Shown in pieces: positions 13,262-27,521 of a stretch of DNA of 64,000 nucleotides. Every line of letters begins with the position of its first letter. The stretch's first letter is position 1. This stretch comes from the human T2T-CHM13v2.0 reference genome, Homo sapiens, in the NCBI RefSeq assembly GCF_009914755.1, contig NC_060935.1; one strand, written 5' to 3'. The notes beneath the pieces were generated by a model. The model was not told the origin of the DNA. It did not search any database and was given only the letters and a program-made list of their open reading frames with translations. Both the position numbers and the translations under genes were made by a program.

Positions 13262-15277
13262 TAATTAGATGAAAATCTAGTTCTATAAAGAAATGAAATA
13301 CCAATGATTTTGCAGTAAAGCATGTTTCCATATAAATAAAATTTGCAATTTCTTGTGTCAGAATCTTGAATAATTTATAGGATAAAATCAGTTATTATTT
13401 TGAATTTCCTATGCAGATAGGTGTTTATAGTATTTCCCTATACTGTATTATAAACCAGTATTAACTAAAAGGTTAATAATGTTTTATTCCTACAAGAAGA
13501 ATTGCAGAATTAGTGTTTAGACCTACAGTTTTATCTTCAATGCTTGAGTATCCTGAAGTTGGTGGGAATCCAGAAAAAAAAAAAGTTTCATTTAATTAAA
13601 TATAAGTCAGGTCTCCAAGCAGAAGGATGATGTAGTCACATGTTTTTGTGATGAAAATACCCCTAAAAATAGAAGGAAAGAGATTCCTTATGTAATATAG
13701 GGGAAAAATCAATATAAAATGTGGGTTTTTCCAAAGAGAATTTATATTCTCCTGTTAAAATATTATTTTTGAATTTCATTATTTTACTAGAATTCCAAAT
13801 CTAGTCTTCCTTTGTAGCAAAGACATGAGATAAATAATTATTCTATCTAAAGCAACCATTGCTATATTTTGTAAAATCCACATAGTTCATACTTTTAACA
13901 ACATTACAGCCAGTAAGTGAATGTATTTCATTTTGATGATTTCATATATTGCATTAATGAGAAAAATTGAGGCATATTATCTTAGGTTCTAAAATATTGT
14001 GCAATTGTAAGTTTTATGCCAGCCTTCAAGTAATTCAGTTTTTCAAAGATAGTAAAGGGAAAAGAATCTGACCTAGGCAGTCTATCCCTTAACAATGAAA
14101 GTAATTCTACTTACCAATTTGGTTTTCTTCCTAAAGAGTTGCAAGATTGGTAAGAAGTACTGGATTAACTCTATATTATCTCTGCTTAGGTATGTTTTCA
14201 ACATCCTATGGAGTAAATATGCTAGTGGTAAGTGCACAGTACTTGGGGAAAAATGCATTTTGTAGGACACTCTAGGCCCTCTGTAGTGACTAAAAGCAAA
14301 CATAATAAAACAACCTGACATCAATTCAGTATTTCTCCATTTACTGAAACTTCTCTGAGCACTTTAATACATGCAAATCATATTCCAATGCATTTTTAAT
14401 GTTTGACCCAGATTACACGAAAGAATACTAGGGTAATAAAAATCTTCATATACTTTATTTGCAAATATTGGAAAGTAAAGATGGGTAGTAAATGGCTACA
14501 GCCGTTATGTCATGGATTCCTCTCCTTAATATCCTAGTTCCAGTAGCTGCTAACTACTAAAACTCCTGTGGAGTTCAGGTCCTTTTCTAAACTGTCCTCC
14601 AAGATTTTCTGACTACATTATTACAATGTGTTTGTCTTCCTGGTAATTTTGCAACAGTGGCGTGATACTCCAGGCAAAGCATTCCATAGGGTTAGAGTGC
14701 TGCTTGAGGAAACCAGTGGAATGCAATCATCACCCACAAATGCACCATCTGCTGTGTCTTACTGCTTAATTAAACTAAAACTGGTAGGTTCTTAATTCTC
14801 ACAGCTCATAAAAATAAAGGTCACAACAGAGCACTGGCATCATGCATCATCCACATAACATACAGTCGCTAAAGTACATTTTGCCAACCTATCACTCAAA
14901 AGAAAAAAGAAATATACCATCTAGCTGGCGTCAAAGCACAGAATGATTCTATCAGACTGACATCAGATCAATGACAGGACAGCTGAACTGTCAGCCTAAG
15001 TGAACAGGAGGACAGAAGCTTCAATTCGTGGCCATTGTTCTTTACCTCTCTCCTGTAGCACTTGCCAAAAACAATCCTTCCACACACTGTAACAAGACCA
15101 CTCGTGAATTTGTTTGTTCAATCATCCACTCATTCATTCTTCAACCATTTATCAAAGGCTTACATATGCAAGGCATTGTGTTTAGCATTTTGGAAGACAC
15201 AAAAATGAATCTGACGCAGGCTGTTAAGCATATACAGCTGCCAATGACTTCATTAGATATAGTCTTATGTCAAGTAT

Positions 15278-16140
15278 ATATAACACTTTTATGGAGATAT
15301 AATTCATATATCACAGAACTCACCTGTTTATAGTGTACAGTTCAATGACTTTGAATATATTCATAGAGTTGTGCAACTATCACTACTATCTAATTTCAGA
15401 ACATTCTCTTCATCCCAAAAAGAAACTTTATATCCACTGATAGTCACTTCTGGTTCGCCTCTTATCCCAACCCGTGGCAACCACTAATCTACTTTTTGTC
15501 TCTATAGCTTTTGACTTTTCTGGAGATTTCACATAAATGAAATCATAAAATATGTGGCCTTTGGGCTTCTTCCACTTAGCATAATGTTTTCAAGGCTCAT
15601 CCATGTCATAGAATGTATCAGTACTTCATTCTGTTTAATGGTTGCGTAATATTCTGTTATTTGGCTATACCACATATTGTTTGTTCATCAATAAATGGAT
15701 ATTGGATATTGTTTCCATTTTTTTGATTATGAATCATCCCTGCTTAATAATATAATGCATTACATTATAAATAATAATATAATATTCATGTACATGTTTT
15801 GCACAGACACGTTTTAATTCTCCTGGGTATATAACTAGGAGTGTAACTGTTGTGTCATATTGGTAACTCTATGCTTGACACTTTGAGGAACTGTCAAGCT
15901 GTTTCCAAATTGGCTGCACCATTTTACATTACCACTAGCAACATATAAGAGCTCCAGTTTCTCCATATCCTTGTCAACACCTGTTATTGTCTTCTTGTTA
16001 AATTCTAGCTATCCTACTGGGTCTGAAGTGGTACTTCACTGTGGTTTTGATTTGCATTTCTCTAGTGACTAATGGCATTGAACATCTTTTCATGCTTATT
16101 GATGATGTGTTTATCTTCTTTAGATAAATGTATTATAATT
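15278..16140 (-). mobile_element. Old L1 (L1MB-type) 3' end
   Basis: gagatataattcatatatcac...gtgtacagttcaatg...gttgtgcaactatcac; continues to gtggttttgatttgcatttctctagtgac. Confidence 0.9.
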
Positions 16141-17639
16141 TTGAGCAACTTTTAGTCAACTATTCGGTAGAAATATATAAAATATTGTATCTATAATCTT
16201 CCAGCACTGTGTGACATTTCCCAACAAGCCACTGATGTATTTTCTTACCCTAAGTTACTTTTGATGTTTAAATAAAAACTCTAAGATAATATCTAAAACC
16301 AGTCTTGAAATTCCACAGCATAAACATGGAAGTGGGGTGCAGGGAAAGTAGATGGGTGAAATTTCACTTGATTAGATAGCTCTTTCTAGCCAACAGCCCA
16401 TTTCCCAAATCTACTAAAAGTCAACTAGTAAGAATTTCTGGAGCTAAATGATGCGGAAGAGGTTGAGTTACAGAAAATTCAAGATGATGAAATGATGGTA
16501 AGAAGAATAAAGCACAGATTCAGTTTCAGATGAAGGAAGTTCACGAAACGTTACAAAGGTAAAGCAACTTATTTGGACTTAGTAGTAGAGAGGTGTTGAA
16601 CTGAGAAAGATAACTAAGAATTATTTCCTAGGACAGTGGATGATTATAGTATCGCTTGCCCAAAGGAAGAGGGAGGAGGAAAAGGAGAACAAAACAAAAC
16701 GTAAATATTCTGAAGGAGGATTCATTATGTGGCAGTGGTTTCTGCTGCTCTTTTAAGAGGAGAGATACGAAAAAGGAAAAAAAAAAAAGTGGGATCAATC
16801 TAATTTGGGCCACAATGGACTTGGTCTAGGATATGTTAAGTTGCTGTTCCAGGAGAAGCAGATAGCCATACAAAGAACCCAGAAGGAGTTCAGGAGAGGA
16901 TCTGGGTTAAAGATGCTGTGGGAAAAGAAAGAGCCACAGGCATTCATATATGAAGGAGAAAAACCCTGCATTCTTCTTAACTCCTTTCAAGCCAACTCAC
17001 TCTTGTTTCAAACAATGGGGAACAACTTAACTCAGTGATATAGTTATGAGATGCTAATGAATGAAAATAATTGATTCTAATTATCTCTTCAACACCCTTA
17101 ATGTACCCGTAAAAGTAATCACATGTCTTCCTTTAGACTTCTCTGAACTGCATCATGCATCTTGAACTTTCTTTGCTATGTAGGTTTTTAACTACCTAAC
17201 ATTTTTCTCTAAATAAGGCAAAAGAAAACAAAATCAACAACATCAACAATAAAAATGATGATTTTGGTGCCATGCTCTCTCCAACAAACAAAAGAAGGCA
17301 AAATTGTGAGTAAGTCAGCACTAGTACTTTTACATGCTATATACTACAGAGCCCCAATCGGTAAGTCTGTTCTCTCTTGTTGGTGTGTTCGTGGAAAAGG
17401 TACATGACAGCAGAAACAGACAGAGACCTTAAAAAGCAATTAAGGGTGAGGAATCTCCTGCCAAACAGCTAGTGCAGATAGAACCTTTTCTTCCATAGAC
17501 CTTAGCCTCATTCCATAGCCAAGAAAAAAGCTTGATAAATACTATATGATGAACAAGTGATAAAATGTATAAAAACTGCGATGAGGAATGACCAATGGAA
17601 GAAACCAGGTGTCACTCAGAGACTGAGTGGGTTATTGTG

Positions 17640-18190
17640 CTTCCTGTTTCCTGTAGGTGGCGACAAACTCCTTGAAGAGGAAACAGAAAGCAAAGTTAAA
17701 AGGCTGGTGTGTGTCTAGATTGAAGCGCTGAAGAATTTGCTTGAGAGTTGGCAATTTCTCCTCCAAGGCAGCTCTTCTTCACTGGTATTGGCAAGCTCTA
17801 GATTTCAGAAGTGATTCACCTGCGCCACGTTATTTATGAGCTGCTTTTTCCCCTTTAAGTGCCCAGCTTCACATTAACAGTATGAACAGCTTCACTGCAG
17901 AGCTCAACCGTGCCTATCACGTAAATGGAAGGTTCGTTAGAGCATCTATTAAGAGGATTTTCAAAGGCAAAATAGCATTTTAAAGCCATTAGCATCCCTT
18001 AAGTTCTATAGAAGAAATGTTAACCAACTGCTATTTAAAACCATCAACCAGAAATGGCCATAGGTCACCAACAATCCCTTAGATTATCTCCCCAGAGGGC
18101 TCTCACACCTCTATATGCTCCCGATCTTTCAGGCCTTGTAGTGAGAGAGCATCAACGTGAACTCTAGGAGCACGTCCCAGACGTGCATCT
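17640..18190. promoter_or_regulatory. Candidate cis-regulatory module (CTCF-like motif, tandem ETS cores, ACGTG cluster)
   Basis: CCTGTAGGTGGCGA at 17650-17663; CTTCCTGTTTCCTG at 17640-17653; five ACGTG/CACGT cores in 17826-18186. Motif evidence only. Confidence 0.4.
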
Positions 18191-20529
18191 CCTGGAGGCA
18201 GCCAGGGCTTGGACATCAGTCATCAATAAGGGTCCTTGCCAAAAAGAAGTGGTGGGGGGCAGCAGGAAAGCAGGGTGCTTGGTCAAACTGCAATAAAAGC
18301 AGGATGAAGAGAAGGGTGTGTCTTGGAGGGCATACACAAGCAACCAAGAATTAGATCTTATGTCCTAGGTTTTCACTATTATTCTCAAGATACAATTTTT
18401 ATAACAAATATTTTCTGCCAACCTCTTAAAATTTTTAAACAACAGCAGCCAAGACTGACTTCTACTCGGCACAATTACATAAGACCAAGCAGTGTGTTGC
18501 TCTCATTTTTGAAGCTTTGTTTTAAGCTCCCTCATTAATCTTTCAGTCTTTTCTCATCTCTGCCTGACTATAACTGCCCTGAATTTATCCAAGCCTGCAG
18601 AATGCCAGGCTCACTGGAGTCTAAATCACCAAGAGCTGAATACACAGTCCACTCATGGGACTCTACACTTCCATCAGAAAGAACCAATCACAGCTTAGGA
18701 GAGGTAAACCTCTTTTTAATTGTATTCTATGATACTAACAGGCATTCATTACACATGGACCTTAAAACAAGATTTGCTCTTGGCTGCTCATAATTGTATT
18801 TCTACAGCAGTTTAAACCGTTGGCACCTGCAATTGCTAGCAGGCCTAGGCTAAGAATTTCTATTATCCCAGTTTCAAGGGTTACATTTAAAATAAAACTC
18901 AGAGGGGCAAAACATTACATACACACATATTTACACAAATTAAATACTATGCACAAGTCAATACCTTCTGCACACAAAACTACATTAAACTCAATTAGCC
19001 CTAAGCAAAACTACAGGAAGCAGGTATTCTATGAACCAACGGAGCTGTTCTGTATAATAAAGAATATAAAAGCAGCTAGATTATAGAGTTCTGCAGAACT
19101 GTCAATAAATGCTTTTAAAGAAATCATTATCAACACTGATTTCTAAATTAATTAACTTAAAATTAACACAAAACAATCCAACCCAAGGTATTTATATATA
19201 AATAACCTCTGGTTTCTGGGTTCTAATAAAGAAGAACTTTTGAAGCATGTATGTATGTGTATGTGTGTCATTCAGGGCTTTTCCAGAAGGATATTCCTAA
19301 GTCACAAAACAGCCACCAGACTAAAGTACAATGTCCTTCTTGTTATGGTTTACTACTTGATTATGACCAAAATTAAATTATACAAATATTTCACTAAATA
19401 TCTTCTCAAACCTTATAAATATTAATATGAACTCAATTTCCTATGTGCCCAGCATTTAAAAATCCATTTAAAAATCTCAGAAACTAATTTAAGATTTCCA
19501 TCTAGAATACAAATTAGCAAGTCCTCTTCCTAGCTCTGTTTTGCTCAGCACCCATATCTGCACATTTAGTACTAAATGTCAGTTGGTAGCACTTAAAGAT
19601 GATGAATATTAAAAGCATGCTTCTGCCTGCTAACATATTAGAGCTTGGCAACCATTGAATTTGTCATAAGCTGCATTTTCAGTGAACAAACGACTGCCTT
19701 TAAAACACCAAAGCATTCGGTAAACTCCCAAATTGTGAAAAGGGTACACAGAGGGTGAAATTTTACTATCAAATATGTTATCTGAGAGGACTGTATAAAA
19801 TTAGAATCTTTTTTAAAACTTACCACCGGGCTATACTTTCTAAAGTACTTACTTGAAGATTGTATCTGGATAATAAATAATAATAATGCCAGCTACTATT
19901 AATCAAATATTCATTATGTGTCAGGCACTGAGCTAAACATTTTACATATAAAAACATACATACTATTTTTATATACATGTTATCTTATCTACTTGCCATC
20001 TTTACATGCATACTATCTAATTTGCATATGTGCAGGCTACCTTTACATATACGCTATCATGTCAGATTCTCTACTCCATGACATAAGCAGTGTTGTTACT
20101 TCCAGAGGGGTTAGGTGACTTACTTGAGGTAATAAGCAAATGAAAGGCAGATCAGGAATTTCGACCCAAGCCTCTCTCTCCAATCCCCTATACACTACCA
20201 TGCAGCCAATTTTCCAGCAGATAAAACCTCCTGCAAGGCTGGCACTTGCGGGATGCTGCTCACTCTATCGGGTCCAGGAGCCTAATACCTGTTTATTTTA
20301 AATCTGCATTAAGAATGCTTTTTCATATACAAATCTTGTTTCTGCAAGGATTCATTCATCCAGAAGACTGAACAAAAAGTACACTTTTGATTGGAATACA
20401 TAAGAGTTTTTTTTTTAACTTAATTAAAATGGCTTGTTAGAATCACCTATTCAGCATTTGGAAAACCAGCTGGGTTATTCTGTCAAACCTCTACACAACA
20501 CACCTACTGAGACCCAACTTCATGACTAG

Positions 20530-20742
20530 AAGGCAGGAGAGTATAGTGATGTGGACTGAACTCTAGAACAAGAGTTCAAAATACGGCACTATCTCCTACC
20601 AGCCTCATGTGACCAAGCCTCAGTGTCCTCATTTGTAAAGTGAAGATTGTATTAGTACCTACTTCACAGATTACTGCAAGATTAAATGAAATTATGCATA
20701 CAGAGTACCAGATACATTGTAAGTACTCAATAAATGTTAGCG
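20530..20742 (+). mobile_element. MIR
   Basis: gcctcagtgtcctcatttgtaaag...gattaaatga...aagtactcaataaatgttagc. Confidence 0.85.
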
Positions 20743-21552
20743 CTTGTCTGTCTTTGGGGTGTCAGATTCTATCAAAACAACTTTACTACCTTCTTTGGAA
20801 TGCTATATGGTTCTTTGTCTGTCTATTAAGAACTGTCTTACACTCAGTATTTTTTTCTGCTTCATTTTATGCCATCAGCTCTACCGCTCTACAAAGCATT
20901 CTAAATTATCCTTCTGTTTCTCTGGGTTTTGAGAGATTCAAATCCTTTTTCCAAATTATATACTAAGATCTTCTTTCTGAGTTAATTTTCCTAGCTGCTT
21001 AATCACTTCTGTTGACCTCCGATTTTTTTTTTATATCAGATTGGCCAAGTCTCTCTGATATGAAGACACCCAGAACGAAAATCCAAATTAACCTTTTGAG
21101 GGCCTAAAACTTAGGACTTATTTACGTCTCTTCTGATTTCTGCCTTCCCCAGCATTTACTACCATGTTCATTACTGCATGCTAATCTCAACATTTCTTCC
21201 ATGGCTTACATAATGACAGATGTTTTGTCCAGATTTCACAGTAAATTTAATGGGCGAGAAACAGTGCAATTATTTATAAAGTTATTGTTTGTAGATGAAA
21301 TTACATTTTCCAAGTGTATAGCTAGTTAAGTTATACATGTCTTCATTCCTTCAACAAGTATTTCTTTAGTGCCTACCATGCACCATGACAGGTGAATCAC
21401 ATACTTTTTGCAAAAAGACAAGGCAATACCTTATGTGCTAAATTCCCTTGTCTGCCTACATCACAGAGTTGTTTGAAAGGAATGTTGTAATTTTTATGAG
21501 TCAAATTAATTATATACTATCTAAATATAAATATATATATACACACGCACAC

Positions 21553-21896
21553 TATATATATATGTGTATATATATGTGTATATATATGTATATATATATG
21601 TGTATATATATGTATATACATATATATGTGTATATATATGTATATACATATATATGTGTATATATATGTATATACATATATATGTGTATATATATGTATA
21701 TACATATATATATGTGTATATATATGTATATACATATATATATGTGTATATATATGTATATACATATATATGTGTATATATATGTATATACATATATATA
21801 TGTGTATATATATGTATATACATATATATATGTGTATATATATGTATATACATATATATATGTGTATATATATGTATATACATATATATATATATA
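21553..21896. repeat. TA-rich minisatellite, ten 28/30-bp units TGTGTATATATATGTATATACA(TA)3-4
   Basis: Unit starts at 21599, 21627, 21655, 21683, 21713, 21743, 21771, 21801, 21831, 21861; ~345 bp of alternating purine/pyrimidine. Confidence 0.97.
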
Positions 21897-22567
21897 GAAT
21901 CCAATCTCTTTTGGGGGGACAAAAGAACTTTTAGTGGGCTAAAAAAGTCCCTAAGAAAGTTGTCAGTATATCTTATGGGATGTGGTAAGAAGATGTACAT
22001 GAGAGACAAGGAAAGAAAGAAGAACAGTTCTGTTTCTCTGTAGCCGGATGAGATTATGGCATTTTATTTGATTCTGTTTTCTATATTAACTTTTATGGGC
22101 ATCCTGTTTTTTACTTCTATTAGTTATTTTTATAACTTTAATAAACCTTCAATAAATTTTAATGAACTATTAAATTTAAATAAATTTTATTAAACTTTCA
22201 ACCACCACTTAACTACTCTCAACATAATCCCAAAAGATCATTTTAGTCTCTCTTAAATGAAGGACAAATAATTTAGCACTTTTATACTTCCTTACTCTAC
22301 CTGCAAGTTTTCTAGTTAGAAAAAAAAATCTGAATATTTTTCAATGTTGATTAATAATTAGAAAGTGTACCTGGAATGTAGTGTGGTATATCAGTACCCA
22401 AGATCAGGTCTTTTAGAACTGAAAAATGTCCCTCCAATAGTTATCACAGTGGATTGTTTTGCTGTGTCTTCCACAATAATCTCCATCAGTTTTAGGTTGG
22501 ATCTGTGTCTTTCTAGGCTTTTTTGTTGCAGTCTGGGCATTTTTTTGAAGTCTATCCTCTATCACTA

Positions 22568-23327
22568 TGAAACGGGAGAGTTCCCTGACCCCCCTCACAA
22601 GACATGCAACAGGGGTGTGGCTCGTCTGTTGGGCTGCTGCATGCTCTAACACCTTATGGGAGGGGGAGCACACAGAAGGGCAGGTGCAGGAGCCGGGGAG
22701 AGCACTTTTGGGAGCTGATCCCATAGTAGCGTCTAGGGCTGGGTGCCCGTGACTCCCAAAGCCCCAGTGGGTGTGCTACAGTGCTCTTTTAGCTCTGCTG
22801 TCCACAGACAGCTTAAGTGTTAACCAGCTCAGTGCCCTCTTGGTACCTGGGATTTTGTCCAGTGTCCAAGAAGAATCAGGTCACACAGACAAACTGAAGG
22901 ATGGTAAATGCGGAGGATTTTATTGCTGGATGGAGATGGCTCTCAGCAGGATGGATAGGGAGCCGGAAAGGAGATGGAGCGGGAAGATGATCTTCCTCTG
23001 GAGTTTGACCATTCCATGGACCATCTCCTCTCCAGCTATCCCCAGCTGAACTCCTCTCGGTGTTCAGATGTTCCTTCTCTTCTCTCCTTCTCTACCACGT
23101 CACTGCTGCTCTTCTGCTCCTCTGCTCTTCTGCTTGTGGAGCCTAGGGTCTGGGGTTTATATGGGTACAGGATAGAGGGGTGCAGCAGGCCAAAAGAGAA
23201 CATTTGGGTGTGAAAACAGGAAGTCCTGTTCTCATTTAGAGCCATGGGTTTCTGGGCTTGAGAGTGGGGCCTTTGCCAGGGAACCACCCTCTTTTACCCA
23301 GTATTTCCCTGCCTCCTGTCCATATCA
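22568..23327 (-). mobile_element. MER50-family ERV1 solo LTR
   Basis: TG...CA termini; minus strand begins TGATATGGACAGGAGGCAGGGAAATACTGGGTA; near-TSD acta/actg; TATA at 23156-23162 and AATAAA at 22919-22924 on the minus strand. Confidence 0.88.
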
Positions 23328-26059
23328 ACTGGATGAATTTTCTAAGTACAGTCAGCTTTTTATTTACAATGGAGATTTATTTTATCTACTATAATTTTCA
23401 CTTCGTTTTATTCTTTTTAAAGTTCTCATTTACTAGATGTAAACTCTTCAGGTATCTTACTGAGTTTACAAAGCACAGCTTTTATAACTGTCTCATAAAG
23501 GAAAATTGTTTCAGAAAGATATTGCTGCAGATCTCTACAATTTCTTTGCTTTGGAGCTGCAGAATTTTGTTTTAATTATTCATCTATAATGTGTGATTTC
23601 ATTTCTTTTTTACATCCTTGGGCTTGGTTTGACCTTGGCCTTTAGTGCTTACCATGCTTCAGGACTGCTTTTAAGTCCTTCCCAACGATTGAGTTACATT
23701 AATGAGTTTGATGCGTGTCTTCAGTACCCAACATGTGCTAAGTACTATTCTGAGTGTTGGGGATTCAGTGAGAAGGAATATACTCCCACCCTCATCTCTT
23801 CCTTCCCCACCCTCATGGAGCTCAGTCTAATGGAGGAGACAAGAAAATCCTACACTAGTGACCGCATGTAGACGTCTTTGCAGATGCCCTTGTGTTCAAA
23901 GTGGAGCCAAAGGATGATTGGAAGCAGGTGCAAATCCTGGTTCTTGACTTTCAAGCACCTAAATTCACAGACCAGCCCAGAACCTGGGTGGGAGCCAGGA
24001 GTCAGTTCAATGAGAACCACCTCCACCCAAGAAGGAGCATGTTAGCAGCTGTTACAGAATCAACTAACACTCAGCAGCACTGGACATGAACAAAAGGGTA
24101 CAGGGTACATGTTGAGCAGGATTCCATGACTAGTGGCTGAAACAGGGAAGTGAAGAGGAGGAATCAGGTTGCAGGTTGGGGGGCCTGGTGAAGAAACGGC
24201 AACTCCATCTGATTTCAACTACAGGAAAGAATGTAAAAATTCCTTCCAGAAACTAGAATGGGCTCAGTGCCTGCCACTCATTGTAGTTACTTCTGGGGAT
24301 TTGGTTTTTTTGAGACAATTTCATGGGCATTTTAAAGGAAATAAGGAAGACATTGTTCATAGCACTTCCACTCACTCTGCTATATTCTTGGAAGTCAGTG
24401 GTTCAATCTCAAATTAAACTTCTCACTAACATTATGTTCAGTTATTTATGCTCTCTAAACAATGAGTGTTTTTAGGCAAAGATTTCCTAGCCTTTCCAAC
24501 TAAACAAAAGAGCCTCCCACACACAGAGACACACATTTCCATTCTGAAAGCCCTGCAGGCAGATCTGTGAAGCTTGCCATCATAAGACTCATTTAATTTT
24601 AAATTAAATTAAGGGCCCAAAAGGTAAGCACATTGTTCAGGTTATTCCAACTAATGTCCTAAACTTACAATTTCAATGATTCTCCATCCAGTTGATGACT
24701 CCTACTATATATAATAAAGAATTCATGAACCATGGAAACAACTGACAAAAATAAAATAAATAAATATCACTCATGGCTTAGAAGAAAAAGCATTCACACA
24801 GTCCAGTTCCTAACTCAAATAGAGTAAATATGTGCAGAAAATTTTTATCAAGATTTTACCAAGTCTATACCTGTAAGGAAAAAAAATGGGTACAAAGGCT
24901 GATTTTCTAATAGAAATAAAGGTATGAAGGACCCAAATTTCTGACCACTATCAGGTGACACACATACAAATATTCACATAGGCAGAGCTAGTTGAGATGT
25001 AACTAAAATGAAATATAGACCTTTTTTTTTGTTTTTTTGAGTTCAACACAGCCCTAAGCTTCCCCTCCCCTGCGTGGGGAAGGATCTGATAGATTTCTTT
25101 ATTCTACATACATTTATTGATCCAATTGTCCCAGTTTTTATGAAATTTACTAACAATGCCCAGGTGCCTGAGCGTAACAGTCGGGGAAAAAAACAGGAAA
25201 AGAACCTGAGTTGGAAATTCTCAAAGAATACTATGTGAGGAAGTCTGCAGGGTAAGCACAATCATTATTGAACCATCTGAATAGTTGTGGGCTGAGTACG
25301 GAAGCAGGGATTCGAAGAGAGTTGCCAGCCTCTTCCCTCCCCTATCTTCCCATACTGGAAAACAAGGACAGAACAAGGAATGGAACAAGGAATGGAAGAG
25401 AAGACAGGTTGAGGAGAAACATGGATGGGGCAGGTAGAAGTTAGAAGGCTATTTCAAAGAGGAGACTAATAGAGTTTGAAATATTCAAAGTGGAGCAGAT
25501 CTATTAGGTGTGGCATGTGTGTGCACAGCCAAAGTGAAATGAAGATGAAGGTCATTTTAGTTGAGGGATTTAAAGAACTACGAGATCTGGGTATTAGTAA
25601 AGCCATCAAAAGGAATGCTCTACTTACTGAGGATTCTGCATTGAATCACTGAGGGAAAAGTCAGCTGATCTTAAAGCAACCACGGTCCCAGAAGTGTTAT
25701 TAGGGAGGTGAGGTGCAGCAGGGGTGGTGAGAAGTATGTAAAGTTGGAATGGTATGGCACTTACATATGCTCGATAACGTGTCAATTTCCACATCTAAGA
25801 ATGGAGAAGATCATATTGATTATAGGGGAGTACCCTTAACCCATCCTTTGCTTGACGCCTCCACTGAGCAGAAGGTAGATTAGAGTGGTATGACTGATTT
25901 TTGTAAACTTCATAAATTTAAAGTCCTTGAGAAATAAAAATATAAATAATCTGATAGTAAATGAAGAGGGTTAAAAAATATATTTAATCCCTACTTGTCA
26001 ACCCAGGAATACAGAGAATGGGGGGAAAAAAGCGATGTTCCTGGATCTCCCTGCGCTTC

Positions 26060-26480
26060 CCTAAGACCATCACTCCAGCCAAACACTAGCTGACATTTTC
26101 TCCCCAGGAACTCTTCACTTCTCACTCTATACACCCTGTGCGAGGTCCTCCTCACCTCACCAGTCCCAGACTAGAACGTCCAATTGCTTACTGGTCTTTT
26201 CTCCCTGATGTCCCATCAGTTCTTCAAAATCAAAGCTGTTTAGCAAATTCCTCCCCTCTTTTCCAATCTGACTGCAACAAACTCAAGGCCAACCATCTTT
26301 TCTTACCTGATTTTCCCAATGGTGTCCTAATTAGCCTCCTACTCCCCTAAAACATCCTCTACACTACCACCAGGGCAATCTCTCTAAAGGACGATCTGAT
26401 CAGATCACTTCCTCACTTAAAACCCTCAAAGGCTCCCAGTGCCTACAGGATGAAGCACAAAACCACTTAAGCTCTGAGTC
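26060..26480 (+). mobile_element. L2 fragment
   Basis: atctgatcagatcacttcctcacttaaaaccctcaaaggctcccagtgcctacaggat. Confidence 0.75.
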
Positions 26481-26602
26481 ATGCTCTTCTGTTGAGAGAT
26501 CGAGAGAGAAAGAGAGAGAATGCCCAACATGCCTCCCTGAAAATCACTGGGAGGATCAAATAAAAATGTATGGAGAAGCACTTTCAAAACTATAAAGCTT
26601 AT

Positions 26603-26760
26603 CTAGTGGTTCTTAGTCTTTATGAGATCACAATCCCTTTGGAGAGTCTGATAAAAGCTCTGGAGTTTTCTCAAAAACACACATCCACCTACATGTAAAA
26701 TTTGGCATCCAATTTCAGAGCATCCATGATTCCTCAAAGACAATCTTGACCAACAACCTT
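26603..26760. mobile_element. MER103C-like hAT-Charlie fragment
   Basis: agtggttctta...ccctttggagagtctgataaaagct...aaaatttggcatccaatttcag. Confidence 0.7.
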
Positions 26761-27521
26761 ACTTAGGTATTTTATTATTTTCACGTTGGTATATAGAATG
26801 GGAGTCGGTATCATCTTGATAGCATTTCCAGCCTTACAAACAAGCAAGCAGCTCTACTGTGGGCAGTAACATTATTCATGAAGATGTCTAAAATATTCAT
26901 CAGCAGAGTCACTGGGCACATAGTAAATATAGGCAGAAAATTAGTACAGTAGTTAGCGTATAGGCTCACAGTCATTTCATCAGAGTGCAGCTGTCCCTAC
27001 ACACAACTGTTAGAAAAGAACAGGTTATTTTGAAAACAATCAGCTGAATTGAGTCAAAAAACTGACCAGTGGGCCTTCATTCTAACTGAATGAAAACGAA
27101 GTGAGGTTCCTTCCTTTTCATACAGCTCATGGATGCAAAAACACAAGCTATGCCATAGCATAAATGTTCATTATGCATGAGCCTGTTTCTTGCAGCTGCA
27201 TCTCTCATGACTTGGCTAAGGCTGTATTTGTCTATATGTCCTTCTACATGTTTGTGCATATTTACACTGTGTATTTTAGTGCTCAAGAAAGCAGAAGGCA
27301 AGGAACAATGTTTACTCTGCATGTTTGTACAGGACACATCACACAGAACTACAGTGATGTAGTATTTAAGGGCAGCAAATTCAAACTCTTCACCAGAGTG
27401 TGGACCTAAACTCCACATCATAAAGAATTGATCACATTTCCCTTTAGAAAGAAGAATATTATCAGCCAAGTTTCTGGTATCAACCAATGACTAAACCTTA
27501 AGTCAATCACAAGTGATGATA

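Noticed and set aside
16790-16960. Possible CR1/L3 relic (similar hint at ~38210-38360)
   Set aside because: Too diverged to call without an HMM search.
17657-17705. Plus-strand exon-like segment after cttcctgtttcctgtag
   Set aside because: Weak donor and opposite to the inferred transcription; better explained as ETS/CTCF motifs.
21448-22043. Five overlapping ORFs of 82-162 aa rich in Y/I/M/C/H
   Set aside because: Translations of the stop-free TA-rich minisatellite.
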